The notes under the pieces: generated by a model
Told to the model about the DNA's origin: nothing
The model's input: the letters and a program-made list of their open reading frames with translations, nothing else
The model's database searches: none
Source: an uncultured Pseudomonadota bacterium
GTDB lineage: Bacteria; Pseudomonadota; Alphaproteobacteria; Rhizobiales; Xanthobacteraceae
Assembly (NCBI GenBank): GCA_963702605.1
Contig: CAVPDI010000028.1
Span: 79,060 to 143,059 of the forward strand
Length of the DNA: 64,000 nucleotides
Direction of reading: 5' to 3'
Position numbers and translations under genes: made by a program
Part shown: positions 50,503 through 63,258 of the stretch, one piece after another
How the letters are laid out: the number at the start of each line of letters is the position of its first letter
Numbering within the stretch: position 1 is the stretch's first letter

Positions 50503-51078
50503 TCATGCCACGCCGAGCAAGCGGGATTGCGCTTCGAGCCAGGCATTGGCCATGCCATGGCTATCGACGACCGCCTCGCGCAGAAGCGAAAGCGGCGTGT
50601 AGCGCGGCGGATCGACCTCGCCGACCACGCTGCCAAAATCGAACTTCAGGCTGGCTTCAAACTTGCGCGCAAGTTGTTGCATGCGGCCGTTGTCGGCAAG
50701 GCAGTGCATATGCAGCGATTTGATGCCTCGATTGCGTGCACTCAAGAGCGTGCGTTCGAGCAACACCGTACCTACGCCATGGCTCTGCCACGGCTGTTCG
50801 ATACTGAAGGCTGCTTCGCCTTCGCCGGCGAACATGGAGCCGATTGAGCGGAGTTCGGCCGCGCCCCGCAGGGCACCTTCGACAAAAAAGCCGTGCACAA
50901 CGACACCAAATCCATTTGCGGAGGCCGCATGCCGCGCAATGAACTCGTCTGAGACCGCTCCGGAAAAGCGCCGGTTCTTGCTGTCGCGGTCAAGACGAAG
51001 CAGGTGGTCGCGATAGGCTTCGGTTTCCCCGACCCACAATTTGCGGATCATGCCACCGTCGGGCAAAGGCTCGTTCAT
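50503..51078 (-). CDS. GNAT N-acetyltransferase
   Basis: HLLRLD..RRFSG..EAAFSIE..WQSHGVGT..CLADN..MQQLARKF. Confidence 0.88.
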   Translation of the reverse strand: MNEPLPDGGMIRKLWVGETEAYRDHLLRLDRDSKNRRFSGAVSDEFIARHAASANGFGVVVHGFFVEGALRGAAELRSIGSMFAGEGEAAFSIEQPWQSHGVGTVLLERTLLSARNRGIKSLHMHCLADNGRMQQLARKFEASLKFDFGSVVGEVDPPRYTPLSLLREAVVDSHGMANAWLEAQSRLLGVA

Positions 51079-51171
51079 CGTGGTTCTCTTTTAACGTCAC
51101 GTCGCCTGTGCCTTGCGCGAGTTCCTGCCTGTGCGAATCGAGTTTCTTCCAATCGTCTTCCAGCATGTATG

Positions 51172-51186
51172 TGTTGCATTGCAGCA
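51172..51186. promoter_or_regulatory. PhaR/AniA-like operator upstream of the GNAT gene
   Basis: Near-palindrome TGTTGCATTGCAGCA. Confidence 0.5.
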
Positions 51187-51373
51187 AAATTAGGCCGCAG
51201 GCCCTCCCGTGGAAACCCTCACCCGCAAAAAATGCATAGCTGCCAATGAATTACCGCAGTTTTTGTGCGCAACATGGCCGTCGAGGCTGGAAGCTCGATT
51301 TACAGGTGGCGCGGATCAACCTAGGTCTCGCAGCAGACCTTAATCGCCTCCCACTCCGTTCGCCCCGGTCGCG

Positions 51374-52549
51374 ATGCCCGAGACTTTCAGCACCCGCTAT
51401 GCGGCACTCCTGGCCGCGGGAAAAATCGAGGCCGATCCCGGTCAGGCGACGCTCGCCCGGCATCTGGCCGCACTCGAACGCCAACTCGATCAGCACCGGC
51501 TGGCCCGCAAATCGTCATCGCTCGGCTGGCTGTTTGGCCAGCGTGAGCAGGCGGGAGCGCCGTTACGAGGGCTCTATGTCTACGGCGAGGTTGGGCGCGG
51601 CAAGACCATGCTCATGGACCTCTTTTTCGCGACCAGCGCGGTGATCCGCAAGCGACGGGTCCATTTTCACGAATTCATGGCCGACGTACACGAGCGCGTC
51701 CATGTCTACCGGCAGGAGATCAAGAACGGGGCCGCCAACGAGCAGGACCCCATCCAGCGCACGGCCGCCGCCATCGCAGAAGAGAGCTGGCTCCTGTGTT
51801 TCGACGAATTTCACGTGACGGATATTGCCGATGCGATGATCCTCGGGCGACTGTTCACACGATTGTTTGAGCTTGGGGTCGTCATGGTTGCCACGTCCAA
51901 CCTCGCGCCAGGCGACCTTTACATGGGCGGCCTCAACAGGGCCCTGTTCCTCCCGTTTATCGCGTTGCTGGAGCGTCAATGCGAGGTGGTCAGGCTTGAA
52001 GCGCGAATCGATTTTCGCTTGGAGAAACTCACCGGCGTCCCGACCTGGTATGTACCGGACGACGCCAAGGCCGAAGCCGCGCTCGACGCCGCTTGGCAGC
52101 GCCTGGCTGGCGGTCAGGCCGGCGTCCCGCACGAACTCGTGGTCAAAGGCCATATCGTGCGCGTGCCAAAGGCGGCGATGGGCCTAGCGCGTTTTTCTTT
52201 CGAGGAACTTTGCGCGCAGCCACTCGCAGCCAGCGACTATCTCAAGATTGCGCATGAATTCCATACCGTCATCGTGGACCACATTCCGGTGATGGATTAT
52301 CCGCGCCGCAACGAAGCCAAGCGGTTCATCATTCTCATCGATACATTGTATGAAAATGCAGTGAAGCTGCTCGCGTCGGCGCAAGCCCAGCCCGGCCAGC
52401 TTTATCTCGCCGACGATGGATATGAGGCTAATGAATTCAAGCGCACGGCCTCGCGTTTGATCGAGATGCGTTCCCAAGCCTATCTCGGCCTGCCTCACGG
52501 TCCACGGCAAGGGCCTACGATAGACGCTGCAAAAATCGTCGAGACCTGA
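51374..52549 (+). CDS. zapE: AFG1/ZapE family ATPase
   Basis: GEVGRGKTMLMD, HFHEFM, CFDEFHVTDIADAMIL, RTASRLIEM. Confidence 0.95.
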   Translation: MPETFSTRYAALLAAGKIEADPGQATLARHLAALERQLDQHRLARKSSSLGWLFGQREQAGAPLRGLYVYGEVGRGKTMLMDLFFATSAVIRKRRVHFHEFMADVHERVHVYRQEIKNGAANEQDPIQRTAAAIAEESWLLCFDEFHVTDIADAMILGRLFTRLFELGVVMVATSNLAPGDLYMGGLNRALFLPFIALLERQCEVVRLEARIDFRLEKLTGVPTWYVPDDAKAEAALDAAWQRLAGGQAGVPHELVVKGHIVRVPKAAMGLARFSFEELCAQPLAASDYLKIAHEFHTVIVDHIPVMDYPRRNEAKRFIILIDTLYENAVKLLASAQAQPGQLYLADDGYEANEFKRTASRLIEMRSQAYLGLPHGPRQGPTIDAAKIVET

Positions 52550-52621
52550 AACCTCGCCGGCTGTGACCGATGTCGCGACGCAGGATACCATGCCGCGCAA
52601 GCGCTGAAACGAGAGCGTCAA

Positions 52622-53879
52622 TCAAAGAAGCAGCAAGGCGACCGCGATTGCCATCAAAGCGGCGGCGAGCCAACCGAGAATCAACAACCAGCCGGGAAGC
52701 GCGATGCGGCGCGTTTCCCGTTTGCTGGACACAACAATCATGGTCGCCAACATGATCGGCACCGCAACGATTCCGTTGATGACGGCTGCCCAGAACAGCA
52801 TCGAGATTGGATCGATATTGGTCACCAACAATGCCGCGCCCCCGATCGTGGCGGCGGCAACAATTGCATAAAACCCAAGCGCGCGGCTTGCGGGCAGTTC
52901 CAGGCTGCCGCGCAGTTTGAAGACTTCAGCGACGGCATAGGCTGCCGACCCGGCTAAAATCGGTACCGCGAGCAGTCCGGTGCCAATGATGCCGGCCGCA
53001 AACAGCGCGAAAGTCAGCGGTCCGCCGATCGGCCGCAAAGCTTCCGCGGCTTGTGAAGCTGTATCGATGTGGGTGATGCCGTGCACATTGAGCGTCGCTG
53101 CCGTGGTTACAATGATGAAGAACGCAATCAGATTGGAAAAGGCCATCCCGATCCAGGTATCTATGGAGATTGCCTTGAATGAATCTTTTGCCGACCGCGC
53201 ATGTTGGCCGTGCGCATGCCGATGGCTGAGCCTTGATTCCTCGACTTCCTGTGAGGCCTGCCAGAAAAACAGATAAGGGCTGATGGTGGTGCCGAACACC
53301 GCGACCACCATCAGCACGACATCATGGTCGAGCGAGAATCGTCGGCACGAGCGTCGCCAGTGCGACATCTCCCCATGGGATCTGCACGCTGAAAGCAGCG
53401 GCCACATAAAACAGCAACACCAGGGTGAGTAGCTTCAGATAGCCGGCATACCGGTGGTACGGGATGAAGACTTCGGCAATCAGGCAGGCAATCCCAAACA
53501 GCACCGAAAAAATCAATGCGGAGCCTCCGGCCACAAGACGCAGGGCCTCACCCATCGCCGCGAGGTCGGCGGCGATGTTTATTGTGTTGGCAATCAGCAA
53601 AGACGCGATCAGCAGATAAAGTACCGGCGCCGGTAGAATTTTTGCGATGTTACGGGCAAGTCCCTGCCGCGTATTCCAGCCGATGCAGGCGCTGATGACC
53701 TGAATTGCCGCCATGAACGGCAGGGTCAAGAATATGGTCCACAGTAATGCGTATCCGAATTGCGCGCCGGCCTGCGAGTAGGTTGCAATGCCGCTTGGAT
53801 CATCGTCGGCGGCGCCGGTTACGAGGCCTGGCCCAAGCGCCCGCCAGATTCCACGCATGGATTTTCGAGCGATGCCCAT
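52622..53879 (-). CDS. NRAMP-family divalent metal transporter; frameshift near 53335
   Basis: GPGLVTGAADDDPSGIATYSQAGA / GTTISPYLFFWQ..GIIGTGLLAVP. Confidence 0.88.
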
Positions 53880-54036
53880 CGCAAACCGCCTTCGCCGGTA
53901 TCCGGCATAAGGTTGCCGACCGAACCGTTCCGGCCACAAAGATGCCGACCGTGCAACCGGCAGCAAAGACATCGTGGCGCCGGCACGATGATACTGAATC
54001 GCCTCTGAACTCGAGGGCCCCCGTCTGCTGGTATAA

Positions 54037-55125
<1,089 letters not shown>

Positions 55126-55153
55126 GATTTTTTCCGGGACGGAATTTCTAAAG

Positions 55154-55200
55154 GTCCCGGGTCTGCTCCGCATCTTTCATGCTGGGCAGCGCCCGTGACG
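55154..55200. repeat. Short palindromic REP-like element between mdh and sucC
   Basis: GTCCCGGGTCTGCTCC..GGGCAGCGCCCGTGAC imperfect inverted repeat. Confidence 0.5.
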
Positions 55201-55220
55201 CGAGGTCTTAAGGTGGCTTC

Positions 55221-56391
55221 ATGAATATCCACGAATACCAAGCCAAAGCAGTGTTACGCGAGTTCGGCGTGCCGGTGCCGCGTGGCGTCCCCGCGTTCAG
55301 CGTGGACGAAGCAATTCGCGGCGCGCAAAGAACTCGGCGGTCCGGTTTGGGTCGTGAAGGCACAGATCCACGCCGGCGGCCGCGGCAAGGCCGGCGGCGT
55401 CAAGGTAGTGAAATCCATCGATGACGTGAAAAAGGAATCCGCACGTATCCTCGGCTCAACGCTGGTCACGCATCAGACCGGTCCGCACGGGAAAAAGGTA
55501 AATCGCCTTTATATCGAAGAGGGCTCGGCGATCGATCGCGAGTTTTACCTTTCGGCGCTGATCGATCGCGAAACCTCGCGTGTTGCCTTTGTCGTTTCCA
55601 CGGAAGGCGGCATGGACATCGAGGAAGTCGCGCACAAAACGCCTGAAAAAATCCTCACTTTCTCGGTCGATCCTGCCACCGGCATCATGCCGCATCACGG
55701 CCGCCGCGTGGCGCAGGCGCTCAAGCTCACGGGCGATCTCGCCAAGCAGATCGAAGCGATCCTTCCCAAGCTTTATTCAGCCTTCACGACGAAGGACATG
55801 AGCCTGCTCGAGATCAATCCGCTGGTCGTCACCAAGGACAACAAGATCATTTGTCTCGACGCCAAGGTCGGCTTCGATGGCAACGCGCTCTACCGCCATC
55901 CGGATATCGTCGCGCTGCGCGACCTGACCGAAGAAGACGAAAAAGAGGTCGAGGCCTCGAAATTCGATCTTAACTACATTGCGCTCGATGGCTCGATCGG
56001 CTGCATGGTCAATGGCGCAGGTCTCGCCATGGCGAGCATGGACATCATCAAACTCTACGGCATGACGCCCGCGAACTTTCTCGACGTCGGCGGCAGCGCG
56101 ACCAAGGAGAAAGTTGCCGCTGCGTTCAAGATCATCACCTCCGATCCGAACGTCAAAGGAATTCTGGTCAATATTTTCGGCGGCATCATGAAATGCGACG
56201 TCATCGCTGAAGGTGTCGTCGCGGCGGTCAAGGAAGTTGGCCTGAAAGTGCCGCTGGTGGTGCGGCTCGAAGGCACCAACGTCGATCTCGGCAAAAAGAT
56301 CATCAAGGAATCCGGCCTCAACGTCACGTCGGGAGATGATCTCGACGACGCCGCGCAGAAAATCGTCAAAGCCGTGAAGGGTGCTGCGTAA
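55221..56391 (+). CDS. sucC: Succinyl-CoA synthetase beta subunit; frameshift near 55328
   Basis: MNIHEYQAK / [32 protein letters not shown]. Confidence 0.96.
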
Positions 56392-57275
56392 TGGCCGTCC
56401 TCATCAACAAAGACACCAAGGTTATCTGCCAAGGTTTCACCGGCAAGAACGGCACGTTCCATTCGGAACAGGCGATCAAATACGGCACCAAGATGGTCGG
56501 CGGCACTTCGCCAGGCAAAGGCGGTTCGACGCACCTTGATCTGCCGGTGTTCGACACCGTCGCCGAGGCGAAGGAAAAGACCGGCTGCGATGCGAGTGTG
56601 ATCTATGTGCCGCCTGCCGGCGCCGGCGACGCGATCTGCGAGGCTATCCAGGCCGAGATTCCGCTGATCGTATGCATCACCGAGGGCATCCCGGTGATGG
56701 ACATGGTCAAGGTGAAGCGTTCGCTTTCGGGCTCGAAGTCGCGGCTGATCGGGCCGAATTGCCCCGGCGTAATGACGGCGGGCGAATGCAAGATCGGCAT
56801 CATGCCGGGCAACATTTTCAAGCCAGGGAAGGTCGGTATCGTCTCGCGCTCCGGAACGCTTACTTATGAGGCGGTGTTCCAGACCAGCCGCGAGAACCTC
56901 GGACAGACAACGGCTGTAGGTATCGGCGGCGATCCAGTGAAGGGCACCGAATTCATCGCAGTGCTGGAAATGTTTCTGGCAGATCCCAAGACCGAGTCGA
57001 TTGTCATGATCGGCGAGATAGGCGGCTCGGCGGAAGAAGATGCGGCGCAATTCCTCAAAGACGAGGCCAAGCGCGGACGAAAGAAGCCAATGGTCGGGTT
57101 TATTGCCGGCCGCACCGCGCCTCCCGGCCGTCGCATGGGTCATGCCGGCGCGATTATTTCCGGCGGCAAGGGTGACGCGGAGTCCAAAATTGCCGCAATG
57201 GAATCCGCGGGAATCAAGGTATCACCATCCCCGGCGCGAATCGGGAAGACGCTGGTGGAAGTACTGAAATCCTGA
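56391..57275 (+). CDS. sucD: Succinyl-CoA synthetase alpha subunit
   Basis: [26 protein letters not shown]. Confidence 0.98.
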   Translation: MAVLINKDTKVICQGFTGKNGTFHSEQAIKYGTKMVGGTSPGKGGSTHLDLPVFDTVAEAKEKTGCDASVIYVPPAGAGDAICEAIQAEIPLIVCITEGIPVMDMVKVKRSLSGSKSRLIGPNCPGVMTAGECKIGIMPGNIFKPGKVGIVSRSGTLTYEAVFQTSRENLGQTTAVGIGGDPVKGTEFIAVLEMFLADPKTESIVMIGEIGGSAEEDAAQFLKDEAKRGRKKPMVGFIAGRTAPPGRRMGHAGAIISGGKGDAESKIAAMESAGIKVSPSPARIGKTLVEVLKS

Positions 57276-57413
57276 TTTAGTGCTTAGGTCTTTCGTAGAC
57301 TTACAGACGTCATAAATAGAGTTAAAACAGCCACACTAACGCAGCGGCCGGCCTAGCCGGGTGCCGCGGCTGCAGATGGGCGCGGTTTTTAGACTGCGCA
57401 AGGATAGACGATC

Positions 57414-60371
57414 ATGTCCCGCCAGGACGCGAACGCCATTTTCGCCCGCACCTCGTTTCTGTACGGAGGCAATGCCGCCTATATCGAAGATCTCTACGCC
57501 AAATATGAAGCGGACCCTGCGGCGGTCGATGCTGAGTGGCGAGCCTTTTTCCAAAGCCTGAAGGACGACAAGGCCGACGTCGCCAAAAACGCGCGCGGCG
57601 CATCCTGGCAAAAGCCGAATTGGCCGCAGCGGCCCAGTGGGGACCTGGTCGCGGCTCTCGACGGCCAATGGGCCGAGACCGAAAAGAAGCTCGGTGAAAA
57701 GATCTCGACCACGGCTCGCGCGAAAGGCGTGGAGCTTGCGTCTACCGAAGTGATGCAGGCGACGCGCGATTCCATCCACGCGTTGATGCTTATTCGCGCC
57801 TACCGTATGCGCGGTCACTTTCACGCCAAGCTCGATCCGCTCGAACTCGAGCCGGAGAAAAACGAGGAAGAACTCGATCCGCGCACATACGGTTTCACCG
57901 AAGCCGATTTCGATCGCAAGATCTATCTCGATAAGGTGCTCGGCCTCGAATTCGCGTCGATGCGCGAGATCGTCGCGATTTTGCGCCGCACTTACTGCCA
58001 GACGCTCGGCGTGGAATTCATGCACATCTCGAATGCCGCGCAGAAAAGCTGGATTCAGGAACGCATCGAGGGCCGGGACAAGGAGATCACTTTCACCCGC
58101 GAGGGCAAGCGCGCGATCCTCAACAAGCTGGTGGAATCCGAAGGTTTCGAAAATTTCTGCGACGTGAAGTTCACGGGCACCAAGCGCTTCGGCCTCGATG
58201 GTGCCGAATCTCTGATCCCGGCGCTCGAGCAAATCATCAAGCGCGGCGGCAATCTCGGCGTGGAAGAAATCTGCATCGGCATGCCGCATCGCGGCCGCTT
58301 GAACGTGCTCACGCAGGTGATGGGCAAGCCGCATCGCGCACTTTTCCACGAATTCAAGGGCGGTTCGGCGACGCCCGATGAAATCGAAGGCTCAGGCGAC
58401 GTCAAGTATCACCTGGGCGCCTCGTCAGACCGCGAGTTCGATAACAACAGGGTACATCTCTCGCTGACGCCAAATCCGTCGCATCTGGAAATCGTCGATC
58501 CGATTACACTCGGCAAGGTGCGCGCCAAGCAGGATCAGCATCGTGCGAAGCCTGACGAGCGCACCATGGTGATGCCGCTGCTGATGCACGGCGATGCCGC
58601 CTTTGCCGGCCAAGGCGTGGTGGCGGAATGCTTCGGCCTGTCGGACCTGAAAGGCTACCGCACCGGCGGCAGCATCCATTTCATCGTCAACAACCAGATC
58701 GGCTTCACGACATACCCGCGTTATTCGCGCTCGTCGCCTTATCCGTCCGACGTCGCCAAGATGATCGAGGCGCTTATCTTCCACGTGAACGGTGATGATC
58801 CCGAAGCGGTCGTATTTGCCGCCAAAGTTGCGACCGAGTACCGGCAGAAATTCCAGCGGCCTGTCGTCATCGACATGTTCTGCTACCGGCGTTTCGGCCA
58901 CAACGAAGGCGACGAGCCTTCGTTCACGCAGCCGCTGATGTACAAGAAGATCCGCGCCCATCCGAGCGTGTTGGAAATCTACAGCAAGAAATTGATCGGC
59001 GAGGGTGTCGTCACCGAAAGCGAGGTCGCCAAGATGCGTGGCGACTGGCGTGCGCGACTCGATACCGAATTCGAGGCGGCGCAAGGCTACAAGCCGAACA
59101 AGGCCGACTGGCTCGACGGCCGCTGGGCCGGCCTGAAGGCGGCGCGTGAGGTCGAGGACCCACGCCGCGGCAATACCGGTGTTGCAATCGAAATGCTGCG
59201 CGAGATCGGCAAGAAAATCACAGTCGTTCCGCCGGATTTCCATGTCCATAAAACCATCCAGCGTTTCCTCGACAACCGCGCAAAGGCAATCGGGACAGGT
59301 GAGGGGATCGATTGGGCCACGGCCGAGGCGCTTGCATTCTGCTCCCTGCTGAAGGAGGGGCACCCCGTACGCCTGTCGGGCCAGGACAGCGAGCGCGGCA
59401 CCTTCTCGCAACGCCACGCAGTGCTTTTCGATCAGAATACCGAGGAGCGCCACACGCCTTTCAACCATCTCGGTGAGGGCCAGGCGCGCTTCGAAGTACT
59501 CAATTCGAGCCTGTCGGAAGAGGCCGTGCTCGGCTTCGAATATGGCTATTCCACCGCGGAGCCGAATGCCCTGACCTTGTGGGAAGCCCAATTCGGCGAT
59601 TTCGCCAACGGCGCGCAGGTCGTTTTCGACCAGTTCATTTCGTCAGGCGAGCGCAAGTGGCTGCGCATGTCGGGGCTCGTCTGCCTGCTGCCGCACGGCT
59701 ACGAAGGGCAGGGGCCGGAGCACTCCTCTGCGCGGCTCGAGCGCTTTCTTCAGATGTGCGCCGAAGACAACATGCAAGTCGCAAACTGCACGACCCCTGC
59801 AAACTATTTTCACATCCTTCGCCGGCAGCTGAAACGCGAAATCCGCAAGCCGCTGATTTTAATGACGCCGAAATCTCTGCTGCGCCACAAGCGCGCCGTG
59901 TCCAGGCTCGACGAATTATCCAATAGCACCACGTTTCATCGTCTCTTGTGGGACGATGCACAACTACTGCCGAATGAGAAGATCAGGCTTGTTCCCGACG
60001 ACAAGATACGACGCGTCGTTATGTGCTCGGGCAAGGTCTACTACGACATTTATGACGAGCGCGAGAAGCGCGGCATCGACGATATCTATATTCTACGGCT
60101 CGAGCAGCTCTATCCGTTCCCGACCAAGGCACTGGTGGCCGAACTATCCCGCTTCAAGCAGGCGGAAATGGTTTGGTGCCAGGAAGAGCCGCGCAACATG
60201 GGCGGCTGGTTCTTCGTCGACGTTTTCCTTCAATGGATACTCAACCAGATCGGCGCCAAGCATCGCACCATGCGTTATGCGGGCCGCCCGGCCTCGGCTT
60301 CGACCGCGGTCGGTCAAATGTCGAAACACGTTGCGCAGCTCAAGCAGTTTCTCGACGAGGCGCTGGGATAA
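57414..60371 (+). CDS. sucA: 2-oxoglutarate dehydrogenase E1
   Basis: GMPHRGRLN, GDVKYHLG, HGDAAFAGQG, WEAQFGDF, PHGYEGQGPEHSS. Confidence 0.98.
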   Translation: MSRQDANAIFARTSFLYGGNAAYIEDLYAKYEADPAAVDAEWRAFFQSLKDDKADVAKNARGASWQKPNWPQRPSGDLVAALDGQWAETEKKLGEKISTTARAKGVELASTEVMQATRDSIHALMLIRAYRMRGHFHAKLDPLELEPEKNEEELDPRTYGFTEADFDRKIYLDKVLGLEFASMREIVAILRRTYCQTLGVEFMHISNAAQKSWIQERIEGRDKEITFTREGKRAILNKLVESEGFENFCDVKFTGTKRFGLDGAESLIPALEQIIKRGGNLGVEEICIGMPHRGRLNVLTQVMGKPHRALFHEFKGGSATPDEIEGSGDVKYHLGASSDREFDNNRVHLSLTPNPSHLEIVDPITLGKVRAKQDQHRAKPDERTMVMPLLMHGDAAFAGQGVVAECFGLSDLKGYRTGGSIHFIVNNQIGFTTYPRYSRSSPYPSDVAKMIEALIFHVNGDDPEAVVFAAKVATEYRQKFQRPVVIDMFCYRRFGHNEGDEPSFTQPLMYKKIRAHPSVLEIYSKKLIGEGVVTESEVAKMRGDWRARLDTEFEAAQGYKPNKADWLDGRWAGLKAAREVEDPRRGNTGVAIEMLREIGKKITVVPPDFHVHKTIQRFLDNRAKAIGTGEGIDWATAEALAFCSLLKEGHPVRLSGQDSERGTFSQRHAVLFDQNTEERHTPFNHLGEGQARFEVLNSSLSEEAVLGFEYGYSTAEPNALTLWEAQFGDFANGAQVVFDQFISSGERKWLRMSGLVCLLPHGYEGQGPEHSSARLERFLQMCAEDNMQVANCTTPANYFHILRRQLKREIRKPLILMTPKSLLRHKRAVSRLDELSNSTTFHRLLWDDAQLLPNEKIRLVPDDKIRRVVMCSGKVYYDIYDEREKRGIDDIYILRLEQLYPFPTKALVAELSRFKQAEMVWCQEEPRNMGGWFFVDVFLQWILNQIGAKHRTMRYAGRPASASTAVGQMSKHVAQLKQFLDEALG

Positions 60372-60382
60372 TTCGATGGACT

Positions 60383-60472
60383 GTCATGGCCGGGCTTGTC
60401 CCGGCCATCCCGATCGGGGACGCGCGGCTGCGGTCCCCTGAGCGGGATGCCCGGCACGAGGCCGGGCATGGC
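60383..60472. repeat. REP/BIME-like double palindrome between sucA and sucB
   Basis: GTCATGGCCGGGCTTGTCCCGGCCATCC...GGATGCCCGGCACGAGGCCGGGCATG. Confidence 0.88.
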
Positions 60473-60497
60473 CAAAGTGAGATGAAAGAGAGACGTC

Positions 60498-61733
60498 ATG
60501 GCTGATATCCGCGTGCCTACCCTCGGCGAATCGGTGACCGAAGCAACGGTCGGCAAATGGTTCAAACAGCCGGGCGACGCCGTTGCCGTGGACGAGCCGC
60601 TGGTAGAGCTCGAGACCGACAAGGTCACACTTGAAGTGCCGGCTCCGGCCGCCGGCGTGCTGTCCGACGTAGCGGTCAAGAACGGAGATACCGTCGCAGT
60701 CGGCGCGCTCCTCGGGCAGATCAAGGAAGGTGCCGTCGCCGCGTCAAGGCTTCCCGCGGCCACGCCTGCCGCGGCAAAACCTGCCGGTCCGGCGCCCCGG
60801 CCCGCCGAGCCGCCGAAACCGGCAGCCGCGCCAGCATCCGTGATCCCGATGCCGCCCTCCGTGCGCAAGATTGCTGCCGAAAGCGGAGTTGATCCCTCAA
60901 AAGTCAGCGGCACCGGCATGCATGGGCAGGTGACCAAGGGCGACATGCTGAGTGCGATCGAGCGCGCGGCGGCTGCGCCGACGCCGGTTGCCGCGCCCGT
61001 GCAGATGCGCGCCCCATCGCCTTCCGACGATGCGGCGCGAGAAGAGCGCGTGCACATGACACGCCTGCGGCAGACCATTGCGCGCCGCCTGAAGGATGCG
61101 CAGAACACGGCAGCCATGCTCACGACCTTCAACGAGGTCGACATGGGCGCCGTTATGCATATGCGCAATCAGTACAAGGATCTGTTCGAGAAGAAGCACG
61201 GCGTAAAGCTTGGCTTCATGGGTTTCTTCGTGCGCGCCTGTATCCAGGCGCTGAAGGAGATCCCCGCGGTCAATGCCGAAATCGACGGCACCGATATCGT
61301 CTACAAGAATTATTACCACATTGGCATTGCGGTCGGCACGGAGAAGGGGCTCGTCGTGCCGGTTGTGCGCGATGCACAGGCGATGTCGCTGGCCGAGATC
61401 GAAAAGACTATCACCGATTTCGGGCGGCGTGCGCGCGATGGCAGCCTCAAGATCGACGAGATGCAGGGCGGGACCTTCACCATCACAAACGGTGGCGTAT
61501 ATGGTTCATTGATGTCAACGCCGATCCTCAATGCGCCGCAGTCCGGCATTCTCGGCATGCACAAGATCCAGGAGCGGCCGGTTGTCATTGCCGGCAAGAT
61601 CGAGGTGCGGCCGATGATGTATCTCGCACTTTCCTACGATCATCGTATCGTCGACGGGCGTGAGGCAGTCACCTTTCTCGTGCGCGTGAAGGAAGGCCTG
61701 GAGGATCCGGCGCGCATCGTATTGGATTTGTAG
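60498..61733 (+). CDS. sucB: Dihydrolipoyllysine succinyltransferase E2
   Basis: Lipoyl [24 protein letters not shown]. Confidence 0.98.
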   Translation: MADIRVPTLGESVTEATVGKWFKQPGDAVAVDEPLVELETDKVTLEVPAPAAGVLSDVAVKNGDTVAVGALLGQIKEGAVAASRLPAATPAAAKPAGPAPRPAEPPKPAAAPASVIPMPPSVRKIAAESGVDPSKVSGTGMHGQVTKGDMLSAIERAAAAPTPVAAPVQMRAPSPSDDAAREERVHMTRLRQTIARRLKDAQNTAAMLTTFNEVDMGAVMHMRNQYKDLFEKKHGVKLGFMGFFVRACIQALKEIPAVNAEIDGTDIVYKNYYHIGIAVGTEKGLVVPVVRDAQAMSLAEIEKTITDFGRRARDGSLKIDEMQGGTFTITNGGVYGSLMSTPILNAPQSGILGMHKIQERPVVIAGKIEVRPMMYLALSYDHRIVDGREAVTFLVRVKEGLEDPARIVLDL

Positions 61734-61740
61734 TTTCGCT

Positions 61741-61834
61741 GTCATGGCCGGGCTCATGCCCGGCCATCCACGCTTTGGTTGGCACTGTAAGTGCCGACAA
61801 GATCGGGATTGCCGGGACAAAGCCCGGCAATGAC
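61741..61834. repeat. REP/BIME-like double palindrome between sucB and lpdA
   Basis: GTCATGGCCGGGCTCATGCCCGGCCATCCACG...GGATTGCCGGGACAAAGCCCGGCAATGAC. Confidence 0.88.
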
Positions 61835-61855
61835 GATCGGAGTGGAGTTGACCTC

Positions 61856-63258
61856 ATGGCTTCTACGATCTGATCGTTATCGGTACCGGGCCTGGCGGCT
61901 ATGTCTGCGCCATCCGCGCGGCGCAGTTCGGCCTGAAAACAGCTGTGGTCGAAAAACGCGCGACTTTCGGCGGTACTTGCCTGAATATCGGCTGTATTCC
62001 ATCGAAGGCACTTCTTCACGCTTCTGAATTGTTCGAGGAGGCGGGTCACACTTTCAGCAAAATGGGCATCGGCGTGTCCGCGCCCAAGCTCGATCTCACT
62101 GCAATGATGGCGTTCAAGGACCAGGGCGTTGACGGCAACGTCAAGGGCGTCGAGTTTCTGCTCAAGAAAAACAAGGTCGATGCTTATGCCGGCGCCGGCC
62201 GCATCGCCGCACCCGGCAAGGTCGAGGTGACGGCCGCCGACGGCAAGAGGCAGACGCTGGAGACAAAGTCGATCGTTATCGCCACCGGCTCCGACGTAGC
62301 GCGCCTGCGCGGTATCGCGATCGACGAGAAACGCATCGTGTCGTCAACCGGCGCGCTCACGCTTCCCAAGGTGCCCGAGCATCTGCTGGTGGTCGGCGCC
62401 GGCGTGATCGGGCTCGAGCTCGGCTCGGTCTGGCGGCGGCTTGGCTCGAAAGTAACCGTTGTCGAGTTCCTCGACGGCATTTTGCCCGGAATGGACGGCG
62501 AGGTGCGCCGCCAGGCGCAGCGCCTGTTCGAAAAGCAGGGCATGACATTCAAGTTGTCGTCGAAAGTCACCGCGATCGACAGTTCGGGCGCAAAGCTGAG
62601 GGCGACCATCGAGCCGGCCAAAGGCGGCACTTCCGAAACCATCGAGGCTGACATTGTGCTCGTGTCGATCGGGCGCGTGCCTTACACCGAAGGGCTTGGC
62701 CTCAAGGAAATCGGCGTCAAACTGGACGAGCGCGGCCGCGTCGTCGTCGATCATTACTATGCGACCAGCGTGCCCGGAATCTGGGCAATCGGTGACGTCA
62801 TCGCCGGGCCAATGCTGGCGCACAAGGCCGAGGACGAAGGTGTAGCACTTGCGGAAATCCTGGTCGGGCAGGCGGGGCATGTGAATTACGATGCCATTCC
62901 GAATGTGGTCTACACCTATCCCGAGATTGCGACGGTGGGAAAAAGCGAAGAAGAACTAAAGGCGGCAGGCGTCGCCTACAATGTCGGCAAATTTCCGTTC
63001 ACTGCGAACGGCCGAGCGAAAGTCAATCTGACCACCGATGGTTTCGTGAAAATTCTTGCTGATGCCAAGACCGATCGCGTTCTCGGCGTGCAGCTCATCT
63101 GCGCCGATGCCGGCAACATGATCGCTGAGGCAGTGCTGGCCATGGAATTCGGCGCATCGGCGGAAGACATCGCCCGTACCTGTCACGCGCATCCGACACT
63201 GCCCGAGGCGGTGAAGGAAGCAGCCATGGCGGTCGCCAAGCGCGCAATTCATATATGA
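61856..63258 (+). CDS. lpdA: Dihydrolipoamide dehydrogenase E3; frameshift near 61863
   Basis: ATGGCTTC(C)TACGAT gives MASYDLIVIGTGPGGY; GGTCLNIGCIPSK; HAHPTLPE. Confidence 0.96.
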
